Position numbers and translations under genes: made by a program
Shown: piece by piece, positions 1 through 8,660 of the stretch
How positions within the stretch are numbered: the first letter of the stretch is position 1
Layout: every line of letters begins with the position of its first letter
Assembly: GCA_958441355.1 (NCBI GenBank)
Contig: CAUCCR010000001.1
Location: forward strand, 1-43,401
Length of the DNA stretch: 43,401 nt
Direction of reading: 5' to 3'
From: an uncultured Collinsella sp.
Lineage (GTDB): Bacteria; Actinomycetota; Coriobacteriia; Coriobacteriales; Coriobacteriaceae
Notes under the pieces: generated by a model
Told to the model about the DNA's origin: nothing
Seen by the model: only the letters and a program-made list of their open reading frames with translations
The model's database searches: none

Positions 1-2
1 CG

Positions 3-317
3 ACGGCGGCAGCGTTTCGGCGGCGTGGTTTTGATCATATGGAGGTCATTGCGCGCCCATTTTGCGAGTTGTCGGGTATTCCCTTGCTCGATGCTCTCGT
101 CAAGTACGGGCATGGCGACCAGCGCGAACTCGGTCGTGAGGAGCGCCGCGAGCGTGCCCGAGGCATGTACGAGACGGTTGAGGATGTGCATGGCCGCCGC
201 CTGCTGCTTATCGATGACGTTATCACCACGGGCGCGACGATGGCCGCGGCTTCGGCGGAACTCAAGCGCGCCGGCGCCGCAGCGGTCGATGGCCTCGCTA
301 TCGCACGCGTTTGGTAG
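3..317 (+). CDS. comF: ComF family phosphoribosyltransferase-like protein, 3' part (truncated by window edge)
   Basis: Open frame from base 3 reads RRRGFDH (ComF RGFNQ-like motif) and contains the PRT motif LLIDDVITTGAT; ends ..LAIAR, stop at 317. Confidence 0.85.
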   Translation, partial: TAAAFRRRGFDHMEVIARPFCELSGIPLLDALVKYGHGDQRELGREERRERARGMYETVEDVHGRRLLLIDDVITTGATMAAASAELKRAGAAAVDGLAIARVW

Positions 318-327
318 GGGTGGTTTT

Positions 328-1437
328 GTGTCAGTAAAGATTGAGCGGCGCAACGAGCCGACAGGCGAACAGCTAGCGGCTTCCATAATCCTGACCGGCG
401 CCTCGGCGCTGCGCATGATGCGCGCCGAGCGCCGGCAGATGGGCTATATCAGCTGGAGGGACCTCAGTCCCGATGAAGAGCGCCGTGTGCTGCGCACATC
501 GTCGCCCTCGACCGAGGACATCTATCTTCCCGATTTGGTGCGGATTGGGGCCGCAAGCGGCGAGGTGCAAGAGGATTTGTGCTTGCTGGTAGGATCTGCA
601 GCGCAGCGCCGCCGTATTCTTGGCGTGAGCTGGTCCGTATGCTCCGAGTTGCCCGCCGGCTCGATTCTAGAGGTGGAACCGGGGGTGTACAGTCTATCTC
701 CCGAGGCCCTTTGCGTAGCCGTCGCGCGCGAGGTCGGCTGCATCCAGGCATTTGCCCTGGCCCAGGAGCTGTGCTCTAAGATTTCACTGAGTGACCGCGG
801 GAAGTATCTGCCTCCCTACACCTCGCCCGTTACGAATAAACTTGCAAAGGACAAGGACCAGCCAGCAGACGTGGGCTACTTTGAGGTTGAGCCGGTGCTG
901 ACGCCCGATCGTCTGGCAGATTACCTCGCGGTATGCAAGGGGAATGCGGCCAAACAACTGCAGCGTCTGTGTCCCTACTTGTCAGAAAACCTGCGCTCGC
1001 CCATGGAGTGCATCATGCTCGCTCTGTTTTCGCTTCCGTTTTCCTATGGCGGATTTGCCTGCGGTCCCTTTAAGACCGACTACAAGATCGAGTTCGATGA
1101 CCGCGCGCAGGCAATCTCGGGGATGCCGCATGCAGTTTGCGATGCGTATCAGGAAACAGCCCGGTTTGACCTGGAATACAACGGTGAGCTGGGCCATTCC
1201 TCTCGGAGGGGACGTATCCATGATGAAAAGCGCAACACGGGCTTGATTACTATGGGAATCGAGGTCGCGACGGTCAACAACGAAATGCTCCGCGACATGG
1301 AAGCGATGGAAGCGCTCGCATGGCGCATCCACCAGCGTATGGGTAAGCGATATCAGAATCGCGTAGAGGCTCGTCGAAAGAGGCAAGATGCTCTGCTGAA
1401 TACGCTCCGAGCGTGCTTTGGGCTCAAGCCAGCGTAA
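328..1437 (+). CDS. Hypothetical protein with C-terminal DUF559/very-short-patch-repair endonuclease-like domain
   Basis: GTG start at 328 just after the comF stop; motifs RSPMEC..LP.SYGG and CD..DLEYNG..GH......DEKRN..L..MGIEV resemble actinobacterial DUF559/AbiEi-associated proteins. Confidence 0.6.
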   Translation: MSVKIERRNEPTGEQLAASIILTGASALRMMRAERRQMGYISWRDLSPDEERRVLRTSSPSTEDIYLPDLVRIGAASGEVQEDLCLLVGSAAQRRRILGVSWSVCSELPAGSILEVEPGVYSLSPEALCVAVAREVGCIQAFALAQELCSKISLSDRGKYLPPYTSPVTNKLAKDKDQPADVGYFEVEPVLTPDRLADYLAVCKGNAAKQLQRLCPYLSENLRSPMECIMLALFSLPFSYGGFACGPFKTDYKIEFDDRAQAISGMPHAVCDAYQETARFDLEYNGELGHSSRRGRIHDEKRNTGLITMGIEVATVNNEMLRDMEAMEALAWRIHQRMGKRYQNRVEARRKRQDALLNTLRACFGLKPA

Positions 1438-1472
1438 AACTATGGCTTTATAGGGGGTCTGTTTATATGCTC

Positions 1473-1689
1473 TGTGCAAAAAACGGCAAATATGAGTACT
1501 GTTACTAGATTAGTGACAGCAAAAACAAAGAAACTTGGGCCGAAAATCTGGATTCAGCGAAGAGATAATAAACGAATGTGGAATATCTTGGCGCCAAGCA
1601 GGCTGTGCGGAACTCAAAAAGGGCTCGTGAGGCGGTAATACGCTGCTACTAAATTGGTAACAGTACTCATATTTGCCGTTTTTTGCACA
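1473..1689. repeat. 217-bp element with 48-bp terminal inverted repeats (MITE/REP-like)
   Basis: 1473-1520 vs reverse complement of 1642-1689: first 33 bp identical (TGTGCAAAAAACGGCAAATATGAGTACTGTTAC), 43/48 overall; AT-rich interior. Confidence 0.85.
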
Positions 1690-1709
1690 CGGCACCCTGA
1701 GACGGGTGC

Positions 1710-1738
1710 CCCGGAGCTCCCCGTGGGGGAGCTCCGGG
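1710..1738. repeat. Perfect GC-rich hairpin
   Basis: CCCGGAGCTCCCC-GTG-GGGGAGCTCCGGG, 13-bp stem, no U-tract. Confidence 0.7.
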
Positions 1739-1810
1739 CTTCATGGGGGCACGAATAGCCCGCTCCGACCTGCGAAATCTGTACTCGCGATGCGAATGAC
1801 GCCCCTAACC

Positions 1811-1839
1811 TTAAACTTTAGCTTGAACTTAGCTATAAT
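1811..1839 (+). promoter_or_regulatory. Sigma70-type promoter for raiA-motif RNA
   Basis: TTAAAC (1811-1816), 17-bp spacer, TATAAT (1834-1839), 7 nt before the RNA closing stem. Confidence 0.6.
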
Positions 1840-1846
1840 GCGCTAC

Positions 1847-2111
1847 GTTCCTGCCAGGCTGTGGTTGCGGACGGACGAAATGCCCGTCCTAGTCCAAGAC
1901 AGACGCGGTCAAAGGGATCCACGTAAGCGACCGCGTGCGCGCGGCGCGATCATGGCGCGTCCTAGATGTAAGCCGCACCGTCCGTTCTACTTTCTTTGGG
2001 GCAATACCGCCTCGCGGGCGAGCGGGCCAGTCGTGAAGGTGGCTGCGGCCTCCCGAGCAAACACCCCGGTGCGCAAGTGTGGGGTCAAATACCAGGTCAG
2101 CTGGTGGGAAC
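1847..2111 (+). ncRNA. raiA motif RNA
   Basis: Closing stem GTTCCTGCCAG/CTGGTGGGAAC. Segments GTGGTTG, GATCCACGTAAG, CATGG..CTAGA.GTAAG and GTGTGGGGTCAAA.ACCAGGTCA match, from recall, the conserved raiA motif blocks. Context (comF upstream, solute-binding protein and raiA/hpf downstream) is the known one. Confidence 0.88.
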
Positions 2112-2170
2112 AACCCGTTATTCCGCGCAATGCACGGATTGTATACGACACAGAAGGCAGGGTAGTGGAC

Positions 2171-3181
2171 ATGGTGAGGGGCAGCTTGATGCACGCGGCT
2201 CGGTTGGGCGCTGGGACCGCGGCGGTCATCGCCGTATTGGGTCTGAGCGGATGCGCATTCAACCCGCTGTCCACGTTCACGACGCCTACGATCGACCAGA
2301 TCGAGCGCGAGACCGTCACCCCTACGGTGTCGGACGATGCCCTGGTCACTCCCGGTACCCTTACGGTCGCCCTCGACACTTCCGATGCCCCGCAGGCCAT
2401 GCAGGGCGCCGATGGCAACCTCACGGGCTACGCAGTTGACACCGCTCGCGCTCTTGCAAGCCGCATGGGCCTCAAGGTTGCTTTTGTCGATGCGTCCTCG
2501 GCCGAATCCGCGCTTGGCGATAAAAAGGCCGACATCTTCATTGGCGACATCAATTCCACGAATGGCGACGTCAGCACGCTTGGCACCTGCCTCTATGATG
2601 CTGCCGCCGTGTTCGGAAAGACCAGCGACGGCAAGTCGTTGAACGTCACTACCGAAACGCTTAACGCTGCCACCCTGGGCGTTCAGACCTCCTCGGCCTC
2701 GCAGGAGGCGCTCGCCAAGCAAAGCATCACCGCCAACCAAAAGACCTTCTCCAACATCAATGAGTGCTTTGAGGCGCTCGAGTCGGGCGAGGTCGATTAC
2801 GTGATCTGTGATTCCACGGCTGGTGGTTACCTCGCGCGCCTGATGAGTCAGATCTCCTATGTCGGCACGCTCGAGGCGCCCTCCACGCTTGGCGTCGCAG
2901 GCCTTAGCTCTAACGATGAGCTGTGCCGTGCCGTGAGTGATGCCCTCGACGGTATCACGGTCGACGGCACGCTCGAGGCGGTCCACTGCGTCTGGTATGG
3001 CCAAATGCCCTATGACCTTACCGCCAAGACTGTTTCGGGGGCCAATGTGCAGGCATCCGACTCCACGTCCAACGAGACCGAGTCCTCCGATGGCGACGCC
3101 TCTGATAACAACGGCGACAGTCCGTCGTCTAGCCAGGAGGGCGCCATCACCGACGATGACATCAACAAGCTCAATAGCTAG
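2171..3181 (+). CDS. Transporter substrate-binding domain lipoprotein (amino-acid SBP family 3-like)
   Basis: Lipobox VLGLSGC; GTLTVALD..GYAVD..RALASRMGL..; EALESGEVDY; acidic Ser-rich tail. Start could also be 2189. Confidence 0.8.
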   Translation: MVRGSLMHAARLGAGTAAVIAVLGLSGCAFNPLSTFTTPTIDQIERETVTPTVSDDALVTPGTLTVALDTSDAPQAMQGADGNLTGYAVDTARALASRMGLKVAFVDASSAESALGDKKADIFIGDINSTNGDVSTLGTCLYDAAAVFGKTSDGKSLNVTTETLNAATLGVQTSSASQEALAKQSITANQKTFSNINECFEALESGEVDYVICDSTAGGYLARLMSQISYVGTLEAPSTLGVAGLSSNDELCRAVSDALDGITVDGTLEAVHCVWYGQMPYDLTAKTVSGANVQASDSTSNETESSDGDASDNNGDSPSSSQEGAITDDDINKLNS

Positions 3182-3247
3182 TTATTGGTAGGGGTGGCGT
3201 CTACCACACATCGAACGAGGCGCTTCTTCACGGTTTCAACACGCATG

Positions 3248-3280
3248 GCCGGGTCTCCCAAATAGGGGAGCCCGGCTTTT
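3248..3280 (+). terminator. Rho-independent terminator
   Basis: GCCGGGTCTCCC-AAATA-GGGGAGCCCGGC followed by TTTT. Confidence 0.7.
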
Positions 3281-3498
3281 CTATTTTGCTAAAACTAGCA
3301 GGTCAAAGCTAATTTCCAGGAGAAAAATTAACTCTGTCGACGCCTTCCTATAGCGCACTTTGCCACGGAAAAGTGCGAGACTTCGGTATGCGGTATCAAG
3401 CAATCGTTATTCGGGTCTTTGGGAATTCGGGTGATTAAATGCACGGCAATGGGTACATAGGCAGTACAGTAAGTCCCCGAGGCAGATTGGAGCCACGT

Positions 3499-4083
3499 AT
3501 GGATATCAAGGTTTCTGGACGCAAGACGACGGTAACCGATGCTCTGCGTGCGCATGTGGATGAGAAAATCGGCGAGGCGCTCAAGGTTTTCGACATCGAG
3601 CCCATGACAGTCGACGTCGTGCTTCGTTATGAGAAGAACCCCTCGAACCCCAACCCGGCAATCGTCGAGGTCACGGTTCGTGTCCGCGGTTCTGTGATTC
3701 GCGTTGCCGAGCACGGCGCAGATATGTATGCCGCCATCGATCTCTCCGCCGATAAGGTCACCCGCCAGCTGCGCAAGTTCAAGACCAAGGTCGTGGATAA
3801 CCGCCAGGGTGGTGCCAGCGCCGCGGATGTCGCGCCGGTCGAGCGCGTTGAGGATCTGGCCGACCTGCTGCTGCCCGAGGAGGACGACGACCTGCTCGTC
3901 CGCGAGAAGGTCATCGATGTCACCCCGATGACCGAGGAGCAGGCGCTGGTGCAGACCGATTTGCTGGGCCACGACTTCTACGTGTTCGAGAACGCGACGA
4001 CCGGTCTCATCAATGTGGTGTATCACCGTAAGAATGGTGGATATGGCATCATCAAGCCCCGCATCGAAACACTTGACGAGTAA
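3499..4083 (+). CDS. hpf: Ribosome hibernation promoting factor / ribosome-associated inhibitor (long HPF)
   Basis: MDIKVSGRK..TDALRAHVDEKI; DMYAAIDL..DKVTRQLRKFK; C-terminal PMTEEQA..LLGHDFYVF..NVVY.RKNGGYGII. Confidence 0.95.
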   Translation: MDIKVSGRKTTVTDALRAHVDEKIGEALKVFDIEPMTVDVVLRYEKNPSNPNPAIVEVTVRVRGSVIRVAEHGADMYAAIDLSADKVTRQLRKFKTKVVDNRQGGASAADVAPVERVEDLADLLLPEEDDDLLVREKVIDVTPMTEEQALVQTDLLGHDFYVFENATTGLINVVYHRKNGGYGIIKPRIETLDE

Positions 4084-4112
4084 AATACGTTAACTTGCAT
4101 GAGTTAACGGTT

Positions 4113-4144
4113 GGCGGCCATCCCATGCGGGTGGCCGCCTTTTT
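4113..4144 (+). terminator. Rho-independent terminator
   Basis: GGCGGCCATCC..GGGTGGCCGCC then T-tract. Confidence 0.75.
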
Positions 4145-4162
4145 ACGTAAGGAGTCGCTTTG

Positions 4163-5116
4163 ATGGACAAGGCCGCATCCGCCGGTCATTCGAACCGTTG
4201 CCGCATCGTCGTCGATACCTGCTGCGACTTTAGCCCCGAGGTCGCCGCGAACCTCGATGTCGATATCCTGGGTTTCCCTTTCATTATCGATGGCGAGGAG
4301 CGCACAGACGACATCTGGTCGAGCATGAGCCCTAAGGAGTTCTACGACCGCATGCGCGCCGGTGCCCGCGTGTCCACCTCGGCTGTGTCGCTCGGTCGCT
4401 ATATCGAGTTTTTTACCGAGTGCGCCAAAGAGGGCACGCCCACGGTCTACCTGTGCTTTACCTCGGCGCTGTCGTCGAGCTACAACTCCGCGTGCCAGGC
4501 GGCAGATGTCGTGCGCGCCGAGTATCCCAACTTTGAGCTCTACGTGGTCGACAACGCTCTGCCCTGCGCGACCGGTGCGCTCTTGGCGCTCGAGGCCGTG
4601 CGCCAGCGTTCGGCGGGACTGACCGCCAAGCAGCTGGTCGATTGGGCAAACGAGGCAAAGACCTACGTGCACGGCTACTTTACGCTCGAGAGCTTCGACG
4701 CACTGGCTGCCGGCGGCCGCATTCCTCCCGCGGCGGCGCAGCTCACGGCAAAGCTCGACGTCAAGCCCGAGCTCTCCTACGACCTGGCCGGCTCGCTGTC
4801 GCTGATCGGCGTCAACCGCGGCCGCAAGAAGGCGCTCAAGTCCATCCTCAAGTCGTTCCGCGAGAACTACGTGCCCGATCGCACCATGCCCATCGCCATC
4901 ATGACGGCCGATGCCGAAAAGGATGGTGACTGGCTCGAAGCCGCCATCCGCAAGGAGGAGGGTTGCGCCGACGTCACGATCATTCGCGGCTCCGTGGGTC
5001 CCACCATCGGCTCGCACGTGGGCCCCGGCATGGTGGGCTGCGCGTTTTGGGGTAAGAACCGCGCCGACAAGGCGTCGCTTTCCGACCGTATCGCCCGCCG
5101 CGTGCGCGGTCAGTAG
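4163..5116 (+). CDS. DegV family fatty-acid-binding protein
   Basis: IVVDTCCD, STSA, SALSSSYNSA, L..GGRI, GPTIGSHVGPG; AAGGAG RBS. Confidence 0.92.
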   Translation: MDKAASAGHSNRCRIVVDTCCDFSPEVAANLDVDILGFPFIIDGEERTDDIWSSMSPKEFYDRMRAGARVSTSAVSLGRYIEFFTECAKEGTPTVYLCFTSALSSSYNSACQAADVVRAEYPNFELYVVDNALPCATGALLALEAVRQRSAGLTAKQLVDWANEAKTYVHGYFTLESFDALAAGGRIPPAAAQLTAKLDVKPELSYDLAGSLSLIGVNRGRKKALKSILKSFRENYVPDRTMPIAIMTADAEKDGDWLEAAIRKEEGCADVTIIRGSVGPTIGSHVGPGMVGCAFWGKNRADKASLSDRIARRVRGQ

Positions 5117-5214
5117 GCAAGCGCTGCGTCCGTAATCGCCCTCGACTCACAGCCCAAACGCTGGCACCGAGTATTCAACCTGGTAACAACACCCAACCCA
5201 AAAGGAAAGGTTTC

Positions 5215-6294
5215 ATGGCAAACAAGCTCTCCGTCGCATTCATCGGCACCGGAATCATGGGTGCCCCCATCGCCGGCCACATTCTGGACGCCGGCTATCC
5301 CGTCACGGTCAACAACCGCACCAAGTCCAAGGCGGCGGCGCTTATCGAGCGCGGCGCCGTCTGGGCAGATACGCCGGCCGATGCCGCGGCGAACGCCGAT
5401 GTCGTCTTTACCATGGTGGGCTATCCCTCCGAGGTCGAGGAACTCTACCTGGCGGGCGACGGCCTGCTCGCGTGCACTAAGCCCGGCGCGGTCTTGATCG
5501 ACCTCACCACGAGCTCGCCCGAGCTTGCCCGTGACATTGCCGAGGCCGCCCAGGTTTCTGGTCGCATGGCGTTTGACTGCCCCGTCACCGGCGGCGAGTC
5601 GGGCGCTATCGCCGGTACGCTCACGGCTATCGTGGGCGCTACCGAGAACGACATCGCGCCGGTCCGCGACATCCTTGCCACCTTTGCGGCCAACATCTGC
5701 TGCTTCGACGGCGCCGGCAAGGGCCAGGCTGCCAAGCTCGCCAACCAGGTGTCGCTGGGCGCCTGCATGGTCGGCATGGCAGACGCCATGGCATTTGCCG
5801 AGCTGAGCGGCCTTGATCTGGAGAAGACCCGCCAGATGATCCTGGGCGGTACCGGCAAGTCCGGCGCCATGGAGAGCCTGGCTACCAAGGCGCTCGACGG
5901 CGACTACAAGCCCGGCTTTATGGTCGAGCACTTCATCAAGGACCTGCGCTTGGCGCTCGCCTATGCCGACGATCGCGAGCTTGCGCTGCCCGGCGCCGAC
6001 GTGGCCTTTACGCTCTACGACATGCTCGATGCCATCGGTGGTGCCAAGCTGGGCACCCAGGCCATCACGGTCCTCTATAAGGAGGAGGCCGACGCCATCG
6101 CCGCCGGTCTGGACTGGTCGCAGTATCGTCCCGAAGAGCACGGTGCTCACGAGGACGGCTGCGGTTGCGGCGAGCACGGCGACGACCATGAGTGCGGTTG
6201 CGGCCACCACCATGGCGAGGACCACGAGTGCTGCGGCGGCCACGGCCATGATGATGGCCACGAGTGCTGCTGCGGCCACCATCACGGGGAGTAG
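5215..6294 (+). CDS. NAD(P)-dependent beta-hydroxyacid (3-hydroxyisobutyrate) dehydrogenase family protein with His/Cys-rich C-terminal tail
   Basis: FIGTGIMGAPIA, DCPVTGG, KLANQ, PGF.VEHFIKDL. Confidence 0.9.
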   Translation: MANKLSVAFIGTGIMGAPIAGHILDAGYPVTVNNRTKSKAAALIERGAVWADTPADAAANADVVFTMVGYPSEVEELYLAGDGLLACTKPGAVLIDLTTSSPELARDIAEAAQVSGRMAFDCPVTGGESGAIAGTLTAIVGATENDIAPVRDILATFAANICCFDGAGKGQAAKLANQVSLGACMVGMADAMAFAELSGLDLEKTRQMILGGTGKSGAMESLATKALDGDYKPGFMVEHFIKDLRLALAYADDRELALPGADVAFTLYDMLDAIGGAKLGTQAITVLYKEEADAIAAGLDWSQYRPEEHGAHEDGCGCGEHGDDHECGCGHHHGEDHECCGGHGHDDGHECCCGHHHGE

Positions 6295-6299
6295 CGCCC

Positions 6300-6728
6300 A
6301 TGAGCTGGACGTTCGTGGTGCTTGCGCTGGTGCTCTTTCTCTTCGCGATCTACATTGGCTTTTTGTGCGGCCAGTGGGCGTGCGAAAAGCGCGTCATCAC
6401 CAAGCGCGACTACTGGATTGCCAACTTTGCGGGAGCGGCGGCAGTCATCCTGCTGACCTGGGTGTTCTCGCTGTTCCCGCTGGTGCAGTTTGCGCCGATC
6501 GGCTGGCTCGGCGGCTTTATCGCCGGCCTTAAGATGAGCTTTGGCGAGTCCGTCGGTCCGTGGCGCAAACACGACGAGGTCTTTAACGTTAACAAGGCTC
6601 ACCGCGCCGCCGCCGACGCGGGCGATGCCGAGGAGCGCCGCCGTGCGCGTCGCAATGGCGCGGCCGACCGACAGCTCATCTCGGTCACCGATGACAGCAA
6701 GGGTGCTGACAAGCACGCTAAGAAATAG
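6300..6728 (+). CDS. Small membrane protein, hypothetical
   Basis: ATG 6 nt after the upstream stop; three hydrophobic segments; codon usage like neighbours. Confidence 0.7.
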   Translation: MSWTFVVLALVLFLFAIYIGFLCGQWACEKRVITKRDYWIANFAGAAAVILLTWVFSLFPLVQFAPIGWLGGFIAGLKMSFGESVGPWRKHDEVFNVNKAHRAAADAGDAEERRRARRNGAADRQLISVTDDSKGADKHAKK

Positions 6729-6743
6729 TAAAAAGAGGTAACT

Positions 6744-7442
6744 ATGGCAGAAAACAAAGACGAACAGCTCACCGACGAGGAGCTGGCACAGCTCCAGCTG
6801 ACAGAGGAGAACGAGAACGCCGTCGACCGCCTGGTCCAGGAGCTCGGCTGCCCCACGCGCCGCATCCGTCAGTTTGCCGCCCGCGTGCTGCACCTGCTTG
6901 CCGAGCGCGATCCGCAGCGCGTCGTGCCCTGCGTGCCCGCGCTGATCGAGGCGCTCGACCGCCCCGAGGCTCAGACCCGCTGGGAGGCTCTCGATGCCCT
7001 GGCGGCGCTCGCCACCACCTGCCCCGAGCAGCTGGGCGATGCCTTTGAGGGCGCCGAGACCGCGCTGTTCGATGAGATTTCGTCCACGCTGCGCTATGCC
7101 GCCTTCCGCCTGCTGTGCGTGTGGGGCGCCACGAGCGTCGAGCGTTCGCGCGAGGCTTGGCCCATCCTGGACGAGGCCATCCAGTGCTACCACGGCGACC
7201 TCGAGTATCGCGACATGCTCGGTTGCCTGTACGAGTTTGGCCGGGGCGAGATTGACGCCGAGGTCGCCGAGAAGCTCGCGCTGCGCCTTAAGTTCGATGC
7301 CGAGAACGGCAAGGGTAGCTATCTCAAGGCCCGTTCGAGCGAGATTTGCGAAATGCTTGTTAAACGTTTTGGCCTGGATTTCTCCAAAAAGAAGAAGCGT
7401 GCTAGCGTAAAAAAATCTGACGACGCCGAAGACGAGGAGTAA
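6744..7442 (+). CDS. HEAT/armadillo-repeat-like hypothetical protein
   Basis: GAGG RBS; helical repeats such as VPALIEALDRPEAQTRWEALDALAAL. Confidence 0.7.
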   Translation: MAENKDEQLTDEELAQLQLTEENENAVDRLVQELGCPTRRIRQFAARVLHLLAERDPQRVVPCVPALIEALDRPEAQTRWEALDALAALATTCPEQLGDAFEGAETALFDEISSTLRYAAFRLLCVWGATSVERSREAWPILDEAIQCYHGDLEYRDMLGCLYEFGRGEIDAEVAEKLALRLKFDAENGKGSYLKARSSEICEMLVKRFGLDFSKKKKRASVKKSDDAEDEE

Positions 7443-7448
7443 CAGATT

Positions 7449-8534
7449 ATGGCGCACGATGTAGTCCTGATTCCTGGTGACGGTATCGGTCCCGAGATTA
7501 CGCAGGCTATGCGCCGCGTGGTCGAGGCCACTGGTGTCCAGATCAACTGGAACGTCCAGGAGGCCGGTGCCGGCGTCATGGACGAGTTTGGCACGCCGCT
7601 GCCCCAACATGTGCTCGATGCGGTCGCCGAGACCAAGGTTGCTATCAAGGGCCCCATCACCACGCCGGTCGGCACGGGTTTCCGCAGCGTTAACGTCGCC
7701 CTGCGCAAGCATTTTGACCTGTACGCCTGCGTGCGCCCCTGCCTGTCGCAGCCGGGCGACGGCTCGCGCTTCCGCGACGTCGACCTGGTTATCGTGCGCG
7801 AGAACACCGAGGACCTCTATGCCGGCATCGAGTTCGATGAGGGCGCTGCCGAGGTCGAGGAGCTCTCGCAGCTCGTCGAGCGCTCGGGCCAGAAGACCTT
7901 CGCCGCGGATTCCGCCATCTCAATCAAGCCGATTTCCATCGCCAAGAGCCGCCGCATTGTGGAGTACGCTTTTGAGTACGCCCGCCGCTGCGGCCGCAAA
8001 AAGGTGACGGCCGTGCATAAGGCCAACATCATGAAGGCGACCGATGGCCTGTTCCTGCGCGTTGCGCGCGAGGTGGCCGCCAACTATCCCGATATCGAGT
8101 TCAACGACAAGATCGTCGACGCCACCTGCATGGGCCTGGTCCAGAACCCCAACGACTTCGATGTCCTGGTGCTGCCCAACCTGTACGGTGACATTGTGAG
8201 CGACCTGTGCGCCGGTCTGGTAGGTGGACTGGGTATGGCTCCGGGTTCCAACATCGGTGCCGACTGCGCCATCTTCGAGGCGACGCACGGCTCCGCGCCC
8301 GATATCGCTGGCCAGGATATCGCTAACCCCACGGCCGAGATTCTGTCCGCGGCTATGATGCTCGATCACCTGGGCGAGAACGACGCGGCCAATTGCATTC
8401 GCGCCGCCGTTTCTGCCACGCTCGACGAGGGTGAGCAGGTTACCGGCGACGTTCGTCGTGCCCAGACCGGCTCCGTTGAGGGCGCTGTGGGCACGCAGGC
8501 CTTTGCCGATGCCGTTATCGCGCACCTGGCCTAA
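7449..8534 (+). CDS. icd: Isocitrate/isopropylmalate dehydrogenase family (probable isocitrate dehydrogenase)
   Basis: [76 protein letters not shown]. Confidence 0.85.
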   Translation: MAHDVVLIPGDGIGPEITQAMRRVVEATGVQINWNVQEAGAGVMDEFGTPLPQHVLDAVAETKVAIKGPITTPVGTGFRSVNVALRKHFDLYACVRPCLSQPGDGSRFRDVDLVIVRENTEDLYAGIEFDEGAAEVEELSQLVERSGQKTFAADSAISIKPISIAKSRRIVEYAFEYARRCGRKKVTAVHKANIMKATDGLFLRVAREVAANYPDIEFNDKIVDATCMGLVQNPNDFDVLVLPNLYGDIVSDLCAGLVGGLGMAPGSNIGADCAIFEATHGSAPDIAGQDIANPTAEILSAAMMLDHLGENDAANCIRAAVSATLDEGEQVTGDVRRAQTGSVEGAVGTQAFADAVIAHLA

Positions 8535-8660
8535 GGCATGCAGACTGCAAACGCCTAAATAGTACTTAAGTGTTTGCGTATAACCTGAGAATCAATACGC
8601 CCGGCGCTTTGTCGGGCGTATTCTATTGCGGACTATGTTTCCTAACAAGGAGTAACTGAT

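Noticed and set aside
1806..1832. MerR- or HspR-like operator before the raiA RNA
   Set aside because: Dyad symmetry is weak and the spacer is a normal 17 bp; not supportable
1673..2170. N-terminal extension of the 502-aa ORF
   Set aside because: Overlaps the repeat, promoter and raiA RNA; the lipoprotein signal peptide starts at 2171-2189
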